A stretch of DNA of 61,962 nucleotides, filler included, from Streblomastix strix (taxonomy: Eukaryota), in the NCBI GenBank assembly GCA_008636045.1. It is 3 parts of 3 records of this genome, joined end to end, with 100 filler letters (N's around TTAATTAATTAA, not from the genome) between each part and the next. Parts side by side here need not be neighbours in the genome. Positions count along the whole stretch, not along the records: positions 1 to 20,599 come from SNRW01000425.1; positions 20,700 to 41,288 come from SNRW01000426.1; 1 more part is not named here. One strand, 5' to 3'. Positions 14,882 to 28,339 of the stretch are shown piece by piece (the stretch's first letter is position 1; the number at the start of each line of letters is the position of its first letter). Position numbers and translations under genes: made by a program. The notes under the pieces are model-generated. The model searched no databases. It was not told where the DNA came from and saw only the letters and a program-made list of their open reading frames with translations.

Positions 14882-16155
14882 TCAATTTTATTATTTTTTT
14901 TGATGCCAATTCTTTCCCCATTCCCACATTTATGTTCCTGGTCCATGTTAAGCAACTGGATTTAATAGTTTCTAAAATTTGAGTATTTTAAATGATTCGC
15001 CAATATTCTCAAGGAAGATCTATAAATAAGAAATTAATAAAATTAAAACTAAAATATTATCATAAAAATAAAATATTCATTTAATAAATATTAATAAATA
15101 ATATTTCATTACCCAGATTCTCACTTCAGGAGGAATGCCAACTACATAATGTGGCTGTTCAACATCGTTCACAAAGAATGTTAATGAATGTGGATCGTTT
15201 TCCATGTTCAGCTTATAAAATATATATGAAATTAAAAGAATGCAAATATATTAAATATATTTTATTATTAAAATATCAATTTTTCTTTTTAATTATAAAC
15301 CTCCATTTTAACATGGTCACCAGAATCAAATTAAGAATTTCCTTTAACATAATCATTAATATTGTAAATCCACCCACTAAATAAACACATGAATATAATT
15401 TATATATAAAAATAATTAAAATAATTAATTATTAACAATATCAATAAATAATTGGTCCTACTCATTCCAACATTATATTATTATATCATAGCCTTAATAT
15501 AGATATTTCAATAACAATTTTGATAATAAATATTTGAAAAATATTCAAAATAAATAAAATTATATATACCTCTTGCTTGAATCCATTCATTTCTTTTATA
15601 ATATACCGACTTATCGGCGATTCCAATTGCTGATTAAACAATACATGTACAATAAATAATAAAATAATAAAATAATAATAACTTCATTAATATTATGTTA
15701 AAATCTAAATTATATTAAAATATTTAATTTTAACCTCTTATTTTTTTCAGATTGAGTATTTCGACCATCACTATTCCTTTATCTATAATTGGTTCAAACA
15801 GAATTGATGATACATTGACATTTGAAATGTTCGTGAATATATCTTCATTTACAGAAACATCATCTAAACATGGAACTTGATGAATGTAATCAATATTGAC
15901 TGAAAATAATATTTGTTAAAAAATTAAAAAATTATTTTTCAAATTCTAATATCATAATATCTTAATCTTCATACTTATTGATTTGATGATTTATTGAAAG
16001 TGCATATGATCCTTCAATCTAAATGTTTTTGTGTTTATTATAAGGAACTGCTATAAATCACGAAGTTCTGAAATTTGACGAATAACTTCTAGTAAAATGT
16101 CTTATCCAAGTCCTAAAAAGCCACCAATAACATTATATTCACTTGGAACACTCAT
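14882..16155 (-). CDS. F-box-like + SPRY-like domain protein
   Basis: N-terminal FLGLGQDILLEVIRQISELRDLQQFL; 3' exons LNMENDPHSLTFFVNDVEQPHYVVGIPPEVRIW and ..WEWGKNWHQKKQQN-TGA (14882-14884); several GT-AG introns. Confidence 0.7.
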
Positions 16156-16912
16156 TATCAAGTTTCTGAAAATATAAAATGAGTTATAGAATTATAGAAC
16201 AAATAATTTATTTGGAAATTAAATCTTTAAAAAAAAATATGAAATAAAATAGTTCTAGAGCAAGAGGTACAAAAATAAAATATAAAAATTGAATGGAACT
16301 TGATTGAAAAATAAAGGTTATTTATTTTTATAGAATATTAAAGGATAAATCTTATTAGTATCAGTTCAAAATCAGCAACTTTTAATAAAAAATAAATTAT
16401 CTCTACTATCTGCTTTATAATAAGCCTTTTTATTTATAAAATGGTGTTATTTATTTTATTATATTTCAAATTAAATAATAATCGAAAAAATTTTAAATTG
16501 AAAATTTATTTTTTAATTTATTCCTTGTTTTTCTTGTTGTAGTTAGGAAAGTCGGATCAATGCACCATTCCATCTGTTTGACTAAATTTATTTCATTGTA
16601 TTTTATTTATTATTTCTTCATTGTTTCTGTTCTACAGAGAAATTGCTCGAGCAAACTTGCATGTCATATATCTCACATAACTATTTACGCGTCTATAATA
16701 TGGTTTTAATCATATTTGCATGTGTAATTATTCTTGAAATATTAATAAAACTGACCTCAAATTAAACTTGTAGCAATAATTCTGTAGAGATCATAACCAC
16801 TTCATTTCATTACGTGATTATCTACTTATCCACTCCTTCAGTGCTCCACCTTTGTATTGAGACTGTCGCCCTCGTACAATGGGTCAGTCAACCGAAAAGT
16901 ACAAAGTTCGCG

Positions 16913-18361
16913 ATGTGCGCTGCAATTGGGGATCAAACACAGTCTTCGTAGAGCAGCTCGCAAGTCGGTAGTTTTCCTAGAGCAGCAACCTCCCCAAATG
17001 CTCCTGCAACCCAACTGCAGCGGAATGACACTTAAAAGTCAAATTCGAGCGAGCAATCGAATAATATTACTGAAGACCCATCTGATTATGAAGAGCTGTT
17101 TGACGAATTTATGAATATGAATAATAGAAAGGTGATGTTCAACCGTAGGAGCGGCAGAATCCTTATTACTGAGAATGACGAACCTGTGAGCGAGATCCAA
17201 CGAGATGGCATCTACGATGAGAATTTCCAACGAATCCCGTTCTAGAGATTAGATTTTGAATCTATAGACTACTAAAAGGCTTGGGTTCTAACAATTTGCA
17301 ACGATTTATTAGGCGATGAAGTTAGTAGCTCAAGTTCAACGGAACCTGCTCGAAATTTTGATGCGTACATCACTCACAAATAGCTTGTAGATGCTGGAAA
17401 CTCAATTGACAATGCCATGACAGCTCTAAAACGAAGAAGGCTGACTTTTGACGAGGAAAACGAATTGTAGTCACAAATTCCAGTAAGCAATCCACAATTT
17501 CACAATTTGAGTCAATTGATATCACCACCACAACAGAACTCAGTAATTCGTCATGAAACTCTGAACCTTCCACCAAGACCAGTGAGAATAATTCCATGCT
17601 TCAACGCAAGTGCTTAGAACAATTTGTAAGCATCTTTCTAGCAATAATTCAATGATGAATTCAAGAAATATGCTGAATATGAATCAAAACAAGAGCAGGA
17701 AGCAGCAGTAAAGTTGAGACAAATGTTAGAAGGTATATGTAGAATGGAATTCAAGAATTTCGATGCAAAATCTGTTCTGATTTCTCCCATGGAACGCCAA
17801 ATTCTATTAAACAAAGTTTACTGGAAGCATGCAAATAAGTTATGGAAAATCCTTTATATTGCTCCACTTTCTTATGGAGAGAGACTCCAGATTGTTCGTA
17901 ATTCTGTGTAATCATCCTCTGCGATACAACATTTATTCTTGGATTTATTACTGAGCATTGGAATTGAGAATACTGAAAAATTAATGGACAAGCTTGTGGA
18001 TGGATACAGACTAGCTCTAGTTGCTTCTAGCGAAGCATAACAAGTAAGAGAGTAGTTAGCTGGAGGTGTATTCGAGAGACTAGACAAGGTTGAAATCTAT
18101 TCCGAAACCACTAAAGCAAAAATGGTTGAAAATTCAAAAATTAGAAAGCAAAATTTTAGATTTCCCCGCTTCAGTTCTCATAATAACTTGGTGTGGGTAA
18201 ATTAGAGATCAAGACAAGCAGACACGAACTAAATCAGAAGAAAAGGATAAGGCTAGCTAAAGGGAAACGGATTCAAACGTTGGAACAGCTTCAAGAAGAG
18301 TAGTAATATGGACAAAGATCCGAACATGTAACAGATGGAGGACCCTGAGAAACGGATTTGA
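16913..18361 (+). CDS. DIRS ORF1 (gag-like, by position), about 482 aa, open
   Basis: ATG 16913 to TGA 18359-18361 uninterrupted with TAR=Gln; basic C-terminus; directly upstream of pol. Confidence 0.7.
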
Positions 18362-18399
18362 CCTTATATAAAGAGAAATAATCGAACAAGGAGTGTGAC

Positions 18400-20599
18400 A
18401 TGACTTAATTCGACGTTCCTACTCAGATTAATCATCTGAACAAGAGTGACGTGAGTTAAGCCTATGTTCCTCCAACAGATGTTAAAACACTTCATCAAAC
18501 ATCAATGAATAATAACAATTGGAGTGGCACAACTATCCTCGACGTTTCTACTTCGGTCAATCACCAAAGCAAGTGTGGCGTGCGGATAGCTAGTGTTCCC
18601 AAACATCAAACAATGAATTATTAAATGACATTTAAGGACAAATCCAACAACAACAATAACATTTCACTATCAATCTCCCCTAATAATCCTCTATCAAAAA
18701 CACTATATAACAGCACCTTAATAACTAATGTTAATAATCCAATAAATAATCTAACTCAATCTCAATCTAATTAAGTTAACTACACTTCTCAAACAAGATC
18801 ATAAGCTAGCCAATCATAGGAAAATACACTTGGGATTAGTAACAACCTCCTCAACATTTCCTATCCCATGTTCAAACAATTCCAAGTGTAAGTTACTCAA
18901 ATACCACATCATTTCCCTATCAAGATCTTCCCATTACTCCCTAATAAAGATTAATAAGTAGCCAAATTGGAAATCTAAAGCAAGGATTCATCCAATAGCC
19001 AATAAATAAAAGGAATTTCAACCCCAATTACAAATACGGATCCATCGAAATGTAACTACCCAATTGGAGGAAGACTAATATATTTCCAAGAAGAACGGAA
19101 AAAGCATGGAGCTTAGGATTTAATATCTAGAGGAATCTCAGCTAAGTGGATTTCGCCATCCAGCATAGAATTCTTAATGAAAATGAGAAGAGTACCAGAT
19201 TAAAGAAGAGCATTATAATGTGGCAAGCAACTCGAAACTTTAATAGAGAAAGAATTATAGAATAAAATCATCGAAGAGGTGAAAGAAAGTCAAATAAAAT
19301 GGTTCAATCCGATCTTCGCAATACCCAAAAGAGGTAAAGGTAAGTGGCGCAAGATAACAGATTGCTCGAAGCTGAACGATAAGTTACAAGAAGGACACTT
19401 CAAGATGGAAGACATTCATGTTCTGAGGGAGTTAATGAAACAAAAAGATTGGCTGATAAAGATCGACATCGAAAGTGCCTATCATCACGTCCCAGTTAAT
19501 CCAAATTTAAGAGACTTCCTTGGATTCAAATTCAAAGAAAGATCGTTCAGATACGTCGCAATGCCCTTTGGCATCAAGCATGCGCCACTCATTTTCAAAA
19601 GATAATGATGAAAGTAATGCAATTCTTCAGGGAAACGATGCAGTTAAGACGTATAGCTTATAGCGACGACCTTATTTTCTTCAACTAAGACAAGGAACAG
19701 TTCAACCAACAAATACCAGCAATAAGGGAAAAGCTTAATTCATTGGGATGGATCATAGCAGAAGAGAAGTCTTGTCTGATTCCAAACTAACAGGTAGAGT
19801 TTCTATGATGGAGAATAAATTCTTTAGAAGACAGAATCTAAATGACAACTGAGAGACGATAAGAAATGATGTCTCTAATGTGGAAATGGAAAAAGATAGC
19901 ATAAATGCAACAATCAACAAAGATCAAATACTTGGCGAGCTTAATTGGAAAGATTAATTTCCTCAGACTCTAATTTAAGAGAGGGGGCTTACACATGAGA
20001 GTAATGAATCAAATGAAGAATAAGGCAGCGTAACAATACGGATGGAACGGATACCTGTGGACAAGCAGAAGGATGTTGCCGGAACTATTCTGGTGGATCA
20101 GTCAGATTCATTCAAATTAACCAACTAGAGCCACACTTCCGCCAGTAGAAGCAATACTAAGAACTGACGCATCAGAGGACGGCTGGGGCACAGAGTTGGA
20201 AATTCTGAAAACAGGAATGAAAATAAAAGAAAGCGGCAAATGGAATAGATATAACTGGAGGCTAACAGGTTCGAATCAGCGCAAAACAGCAGCTATTCTT
20301 TAAGGAATATGAAAGCTAGAGAAGTATTTAGACATTGGAAAGATCAGCAGCATGAGAATAGAAATAGATAACTCAGTAGCAGCATTTAACATATAGAGAG
20401 GAGCTGCAGCAGTCCCACTAGCCAAATTAACAGATCGTATTCTTTAAGAAGACGAAGCATTGAAAATTCAAATATCTGCAAGACACGTTCCAGGTAAAGA
20501 GAACACAGTAGCTGATTCATTATCCCGATTGGAAACAAGTGGTGACTACATGATCAATCCAGAGATCCTAGCAGAAGCACTAGATCAACTCCAAGTTCG
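18400..20599 (+). pseudogene. DIRS reverse transcriptase/RNase H ORF, disrupted
   Basis: Frame open 18400 to about 19601; frameshift after HAPLIFK; YSDD at 19659-19670; TGA at 19806 (EFL*W, where EFLG is expected) and at 20310. Confidence 0.85.
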
Positions 20600-20699
20600 N
20601 NNNNNNNNNNNNNNNNNNNNNNNNNNNNNNNNNNNNNNNNNNNTTAATTAATTAANNNNNNNNNNNNNNNNNNNNNNNNNNNNNNNNNNNNNNNNNNNN
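20600..20699. other. Artificial contig linker (N run with TTAATTAATTAA)
   Basis: 100-nt spacer, six-frame standard stop cassette at 20644-20655. Confidence 0.97.
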
Positions 20700-20701
20700 T
20701 A

Positions 20702-22075
20702 TAATCATCAATTCCATTAACTCTACCATCTAAACATATTAGAATGATGAAAATTGCATTTTGTTATGTCAGTTGTTTGAATTAGATTCTTTCTGATATT
20801 GAAGAAGATAAGAATGAATTAATTAGGAATAAGGAATCTGAAATTATTGATCATTTGAATAGTAATGAAAAAGGATCTGTTAATTATAATGATGCAGAAG
20901 AAGAAGAATTTGATAGATTTTTATTCATTCCTACTCTTACTAATTCTAAATTAATGTCTTTACATACTATTAAATATAAATAATGTGATAGAATATCAAT
21001 CAATTAACTTTCAACTTCTAATTCAAATCCATAAATAATATTAAATGATTCAAATGATAAACCTTCAATTTTATAATCTTAATCTTCTTCTTAATCATAA
21101 TTATAATCAACTATAAATGAATCAATTCCTTCTTCATTATTCAATTTCTTAAGAGCTTGGAATATTGATCTTTTATTTGACCTATAATCATCTGATATTA
21201 GAAATACGTTTAGATTAGAACTGCTTAAAGAACCTTTAATGATTCTTAAAGATGGTCCTTTAAGTATTAATATACCCATAATATCATAATAAGATATAAT
21301 CTTAAATTCTTTTTGGAATAATTTTGAACATAATATTAGTAAATATATTCAAATTATTTAAATTTAAGCAAATAAATAGATTTCTGAATAAGATTAAATA
21401 TAAATCAAATAAGAAACACACACAATTCACACAAATAGAGGACTAATTCTTCTTAATAATATTCTTATTCCTATTTTCCATCCAGCTTCATTTATTCCTA
21501 TTACTTCTCATAGATCTTTTGAATTTGCTTCTGAATTAATTGATGAGATGATTCAACTTATTAAGAATGAAGAAATTGAGCACAAACAAAATTCGATAAT
21601 ATAATAAGAATTTGTTTTAGATCCAATAATTTAATAAACATTCAATTTAAATTAAGGAAGTGAAAATGACTAAAATCAAAACCAATAAATTAAATAATCA
21701 TAATAACAAAATTTATAGAATGATCTTAGTTAGAAATCAATTAATGATGCAGAACTCATTATAATTCAAAAAGAAAGAGAATCGATTCTACGTGCATTTA
21801 TTAATGATATTATTTAAATTATTAATTTAGTAGATCATTATATTGGACCAAATATTTCTTCATCAACGCATACACCTCCAATTGAAGGCATTCATTTGAC
21901 ATCTCTTCTTCATAATAGTAATCAATCTTCAATTGAATAGTAACATTTATTAACTAAATAATCAAATATTTATTCATCACCTCATTCAATTAGAGTTTTA
22001 GAAGCATTTGAGAGATTAAAACAAGACCATCTTAAACCATTAATTGAAGCATCATTATCATTTGCTTAAACATGA
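20702..22075 (+). CDS. 5'-partial hypothetical protein (last exon)
   Basis: About 457 codons open with TAR=Gln, TGA 22073-22075; no family recognised. Confidence 0.75.
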
Positions 22076-22243
22076 CATTTCATAATCTACAATCTCGAAT
22101 CTTTTAATTATAATTAACTTTATTTATTATACTTTTAGTAAATAAATTATAAATTAAGACATTTTATTAATATAGGTAGTTGATGATTAAATCAAAAAAA
22201 TTATTAATATTTTAATTTTATCACAAAAACTGGACATATTAAC

Positions 22244-24508
22244 TCAATGATTATTATTTGCTACTCTAGTACTTCTCATTTCATCTAATAAAGAACCAAG
22301 CATTGAACCAATCTTCACAACAGCTGGTTGAGTCTACTTCTCTACAATTTGTTCCATATGCGACATTCTTTTAATCAATTCTTCAATCATTCGTTGAGTC
22401 TGAACAAATATAAAATATGAATAAGAACATAATAATATTATTAACTTATTTATGAATAAGAAACAAACTCTTTAATCAGTACTTTCTTATTAATTCACGC
22501 TCTCTAATTAAATATTTCCTTTATTATCAACATCTTATTCAAATATATTTTCATCTTCATACCCATTCAATTCTATTTAAATTTCATTTATTTATTCATT
22601 TTAGATTCCATTGATATTTCTTCTTTCATTTGATAAATTATTAATTTCATTCGATTCAATTATTATTGGAGTTGAATGTGGGTTATTTTATTGTATTAAT
22701 TAAATTAAATTATTTTCTCTAGTTAATGAATTTGAATTATTATTATTTAAATTTTCAAATTTAAAGGATGGATATGTTATTGGCGTAAATTAATTTGAAT
22801 TTGTTGAATTAGGGAGTAAATGTGTATATGATGAAGATTAAGTATTATTATGAAGTGCGAAAGTTGATAAACATGAATTTCCAATTGAATTTGTATTAAT
22901 ATTGGAATTTTATATGAATGTATCTGTTGTTGCATTTGGTTTCACTTATGTTAATATATTATGAGGTGTTTTTAATGGTTCTTAATGTCTTTGTAGTGAT
23001 TGAGATCTTTTTAAAATTGAATTAATATTTGGTTCACTTTGTCTCAGAGGATTAATTTATGAAGTATTATCAGTCTAATTGTTATTACATTATAATCTTT
23101 ATTCATTAGTAATGATTTCTGATGGAATATTGCATAATTGAAGATTATGACGAATCTATTATTTATTATTATCAATATTATACATTTTATCATTTTAAAC
23201 ATTTTCTTCATCTGAATTTGAATTAAATTAATCAATTGTTATATATTAGGATATTGGATGTTATTGAAGTGAAGGCAAAGATATATTACTATTCGAATAA
23301 TCTAGATCATTAATATCATCTATATCTTAAATAGATTAAGATTACAATTATTAATTTGAATATTATTGAAGAGGTGAAACGTTTAATATATTTGGATCAG
23401 AATATGAAATTAAATCTTATAAATTAATTGAAGTGAATGTTGGTGGTTAATAAGTTGAAATGAATGTTGATGATGATGATGAATATGGTTGTATATGTTC
23501 ATTTATATTTGTAATATGTAGTTTTTATTATCCGTTATTTAATAATAATAATTATTATTAGCCATTTTGATATGATTAATTGTTCAATATATTAACAATA
23601 TTTTATTATTGAGTTGTGTTTACTTCAGGTGAAATATTTTTCATTGAAGGTGGATCTGAATGCATTGGAGATGGATTTGTTACTGGAGTTGGAATAGGAG
23701 ATGATTGAAACTCAGATGGAGATGAATATTATGTTTATTTCATTCTCTATTATTCATTATTTTAAATATTATTGGCAAAGTTTTGTGGACTTACACTCTT
23801 TCATTCACTTTTGAGGCTTTGTTTATTAATATTTTTCAAGGTTGTGTAGCCTTATTGCTTTTAATTTATTGGCGAATCAATTGATGATTAATTTGTTAAT
23901 GATTAATAACTTGACTATAAGCTTTTTGAAAGAGATCGTTGGCTTGATTTAGTCAGTTCTGTTTGGACATCTTAACTTCTTTCCAACACATCCATCCCCC
24001 TGTTTAGTGTTTCTTTGCATAATTAAAATTGTGGTGGAGGAAATGATATTGCTATAGGATAAAGGGGGTTATTTCGAGATTTACCTAATGTACCCCGAGA
24101 TTTTGGCCGTTTTTCACCACGAATTGTGCGCTCCCTAATCTTCAGTTATTCATGTCATTTAACTTCCTCAAGAAAGATATTTTCATCTTATTTGTCGCTG
24201 TTTGAATCCTATATCTACGAGAGCTCTTCTACAGGCACTGCAGAGCGATTGCAAACTGTCGCGCTTTTCTCAGCGTTGTTCTCAGCATTTAATGAGGTTT
24301 GCTATTTACAAGAAGTAATAGGAGAGAAAAATAGTAACTTTTAGTCCAATGGAGTAGCTGTGAGAACATTCTACCACCCAGCAAACGGTGAGTTTTGAAT
24401 ATCTTTCCTACCACGTGTCATTGTTTACTCGAGATCACCCAAAGTAATTAGATTATGCGCCTTTGGCGTCTCTGTAACTGCGCTCCTTACGTTTATCTCA
24501 GCAGCCAT
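22244..24508 (-). CDS. Low-complexity hypothetical protein, about 730 codons, with two in-frame TGA codons
   Basis: ATG 24508, phase-0 intron 22400-22468, terminal TGA 22244-22246; internal TGA at 24155-24157 and 23801-23803. Confidence 0.6.
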
Positions 24509-24924
24509 TCGAAAATGAGCCGCTCAAACTCTGGGAAGCCCGTAACTCAACGCTTTAAATGTAAATTGGTTTTCAAATAAATTTTTTGCAATTATCTACA
24601 TAAATTTATGAAATAATTAATCTTAATTAATATTATTATGAACAATCTGTTGAATTAACTTATTCTTATTTTATTGCCACATACAAACTTTATTATTCAT
24701 AAATATTAATATATTTCAATTTATAAATATTAATAATACCTTGGTGATATTTGAAATATAAATTTAATAATTGTTTTATCCTATAAAATGCCTAGTTAAT
24801 TTCTCACATTAATTCACTTCTAAAATGTGTTATAATATAAATTGTTGCTTTAAATTATTATAATTTTATAAATTATTTTTACTTAAATATATTTAGAAAC
24901 AAATTATTCATTATTAACTCAAAG

Positions 24925-27900
24925 ATGAAGAAATTTTCGGATGATTCAGATGATTATACTTCAATATCCAAGAAATCTGCAATTGCAAATGAGAAAAAGA
25001 CAATAGAATTAGTAAGGACTTATTTTTCAGGAATAGATGAGATGATTGATTCAAATTAGATATAAGAGGAAGGTTACTTTAATTTTCTTTTATTAAATAT
25101 TTCTTATTATTATTATCTATAGATCGCAATGTATTTCTTGATAATGTCTTCTCCGAGATAAATGAGAAAGAAGCTCGTTATTCTTGTGATATATACTGCA
25201 GCCGCGTTATTGAAAAGATTCTTGATATGTCAAAACTAAAACATTTGCTTCAATTTTTTGGGAATATTGTATAAGAGTATGTTATTTATAAAAATATTTT
25301 AGATTTATTATTATAAAAAATGAATTAAAAAATTTATCATGTTATTTTTACTTTACACTCGTAACTTGATTAATTTCAATTATTAATTAGGACAAGGACT
25401 GTTATCTGCCATCAGAATGGATCACATATTTTAGAAAAAGTTATAATCCTTGTATTTCGATATTCATAATCTGAAGTTGAATCATAAGAAAAGGAAATTA
25501 ATCAAGATTAAGAAATTCCATCATTGAAAGATAGTATATAATCATTACTTGGAGTATGAATATTTTGATATTATATTGAAACAAATAAATAAATAAATTA
25601 TTATATTATATTATATTAATATCATTGTAGTATATTCGTGATTATGTGTGGAATGTTATATCAGATGTATATTCTAGTCATGTTATTCGTACTCTCATTA
25701 TTGCACTTGGTGGATGTGAAGCTTAAATTGAACAGAAAAAGAATTATGGAAAATAATCATCTAATTTAGCCAGTGAAATTGTTAGTGTTCGTCCGATTCA
25801 ATTTCCAGCATTGTTTGAACAAATAATCAGATACATTCTTTCAATCCCTCATTTAAGACTTCAACTTGTAGAAACATTATGTGATACATATGCTTCATTG
25901 GTATTCTAAGATCTGATTGTCACTTGCTCTTCTGTGAATGGAAGTGCATTGAATAAGAAGATTATTAAAAAGAAAGATAATTCATAGTTATAAAATTTGG
26001 ATGAAAATTCTTCTTCTTCAGATTAAACATTATCAGATAATATATTCGATTTAGCAACACTTACTTCAAAAATATTTGGCAATTCACTCAATATTTCTCC
26101 TAAACTTCCTTTGAAGAAAAAACAACCGAAATTAAAGTCAAATTAACCCAAAAAGAAGAATAAAGAAAGTAAAAAGAAACATTCAAAGAAAGAACAATTG
26201 ATTTAAAAGGATGAAGATGAAGATAAATAAAATATTTCTGATGAGGATTAATAATAAGAAGAAGAAATTGATGAATAGGATGAACAAAATATTGATATTT
26301 CTTCTATTAATATTGATTCATTAAATACACCAATATATTAACTACTTATTAATAGTATTGGATCTCGTGTGGTAGAATGTGTTATAAGATGCTGTTTATA
26401 ATTACGTGGATAATCTCCAAATACAGAATCAAAACAACAAAAAAAGAAATTTTCAGCTTCTGAAGATTCAATAACAACATAAAGCACAATAACTGGGTAA
26501 TTATAACCTTTATTAAGACTAATATTTGACTCATAACGATTTTCACTCACATTGGTTCCACTTTCAATACATCCAATTGCTAATCATGTTGTCATTGCAT
26601 TACTCGATACAGTTGGATAAGGTGATCCATTCTTAGCCACAGAATGTATTGATATTATGATTCCACATATAAACTCTATTCTATAAGGTCGTATTTATGA
26701 TGGATATAATTAGGATGAAGATAAAAGAATGAAATAAGATTCTGATACTGAAAAGAGTGTTGATGAATCAGAAATGATTGTAATGAATGCTGGAGTCGTA
26801 TATTCTGTTGTTCATTTGTGCGAAATATAGAAATACAAACAGGGAGAAATTATTAAATCACTTCGATAGACACTTTGCAACATTGAGGAATTCAAATAAG
26901 ACAAAGTGAGTAATTAAGATGAATTAAATAAAGAAGAGAAAAAGAAAGATAAAAAAGAGAAATAAAAATAAGTTGAATAATAAGAAGATGAAAATATGGA
27001 TGATTTAATCATTAAGAAAAAGAAGAGAAAAAGAAAATAAGAAAATAATGATGAATAATAAATTGAAGAATAAGAGAATGTTTCCATTAAAAGAAAAAGA
27101 AGAAGATTAGATGATAATGAAGATGAAGATGATGAATAAGAAAAGAAGGATCCAAATAATATTATTAAAGATAAAGATAATTAAGATATCAAATCTAAAA
27201 CATTAATCCCTAAATCCAATCAAACTCATAATTAACATCACATATTTGCACCATATGTGTTCTTCCTACATTTACTGTAACTTGGTCTTGTTCCATATAA
27301 CAATCTAATTAATGCAGAAGATTCAATGAAAGAATTATTTACTTAATTATAACAATAAGATTAATAATAATAATAAATTAAGAAAGGAATATTTGATAAT
27401 GGTCACATTCTTCCATTTTCAGCTTCATATTATGGAGTCCAGATCTGTTGTGCATTCACTCGATTTGATATTCGCTATACACAATTGTTTATTAATAGTG
27501 TTGCTTCACTCCCATCTTCTTGTGTTGTATCTTTGGCTGTCCATCCAATTGCATCAAGATTTGTATAGGCATATCTATCATCTAGTTGTATATCACATAA
27601 AAGGAAAACATAATGGCTCAATTATTTATGTAGATAAATCAATCCAACAGAAGGTAATAATGAAAAAATAAAGAAAAGTGGAAAAGATTAACAATAGGAT
27701 TCTGAATAATCTTCTTAATAGAACAAGCCATAGACATACATATCATTATTAGCATTGGATAAATATGGATCTCATACAGTTGAATGCGCTTTTTAAATTG
27801 CAAACATAAACATGAAGGTTTTTCTTAAATATATTTATTTAATCTAAAATTTAACTTTTATTAATTGATATTTATATATTCAGGAACAAATTTGTAGATG

Positions 27901-28143
27901 TCTGGCTGATGATTCTAGGTTGTTAATGCAAAATTAGATTGGGAGAATTGTTTATACGCATTTGGATATCAACACATTCAGGCACAATGTATGATAACCT
28001 ATTTTCTATTACAGAATCCATTTTCATTTTTATTTTTATTTAAATATCAGAGTTCAGATTGGAGAAAGAAGATAGAAAAAGAAGCTAAAACACTTGATTG
28101 GGTAAAATAAATAAGTCAAACAAAAAAAATTGAACCAAAATGA
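24925..28143 (+). CDS. NOP9: Nucleolar Pumilio-repeat protein Nop9-like
   Basis: PUF-type repeats CSRVIE, GSHILE, YSSHVIR, GSRVVE, ANHVV, ASRFVQ, YGSHTVE; C-terminal F..N.SDWRK; charged insertions; TGA 28141-28143. Confidence 0.8.
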
Positions 28144-28339
28144 AAAAAGACTTTTTATTGTACAACCAAACTGCTCCCTCTCTACAATAAACAAAGAGTT
28201 GTAATTATAAAAACAAATAATTTATTACTCTTATATTTTATTTATTTATATTATTTTTCATTATTTTCAATAAAATTAATAAAAAAAGATAAAAAATATA
28301 TTATTCAAATTATGTACAACGGACAAAATCATTCATGTT

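Larger units (their letters stand above)
16540..20599 (+). mobile_element. DIRS-like (tyrosine-recombinase class) retrotransposon, truncated by contig end; 5' boundary approximate
   Basis: Intronless GC-richer block with gag-like ORF then RT and RNase H of DIRS type (PIGGRL, HFKME, IDIESAYHHVP, MPFG, YSDD, TDAS..GWG, DN, HVPGKENTVADSLSR). Recombinase and terminal repeats not visible. Confidence 0.85.

Noticed and set aside
19806..20312. DIRS TGAs as support for TGA=Trp
   Set aside because: The first replaces a conserved Gly and the ORF is also frameshifted, so decay explains them.
20644..20655. TTAATTAATTAA palindrome as a biological site
   Set aside because: Embedded in N runs and repeated identically; an assembly linker.
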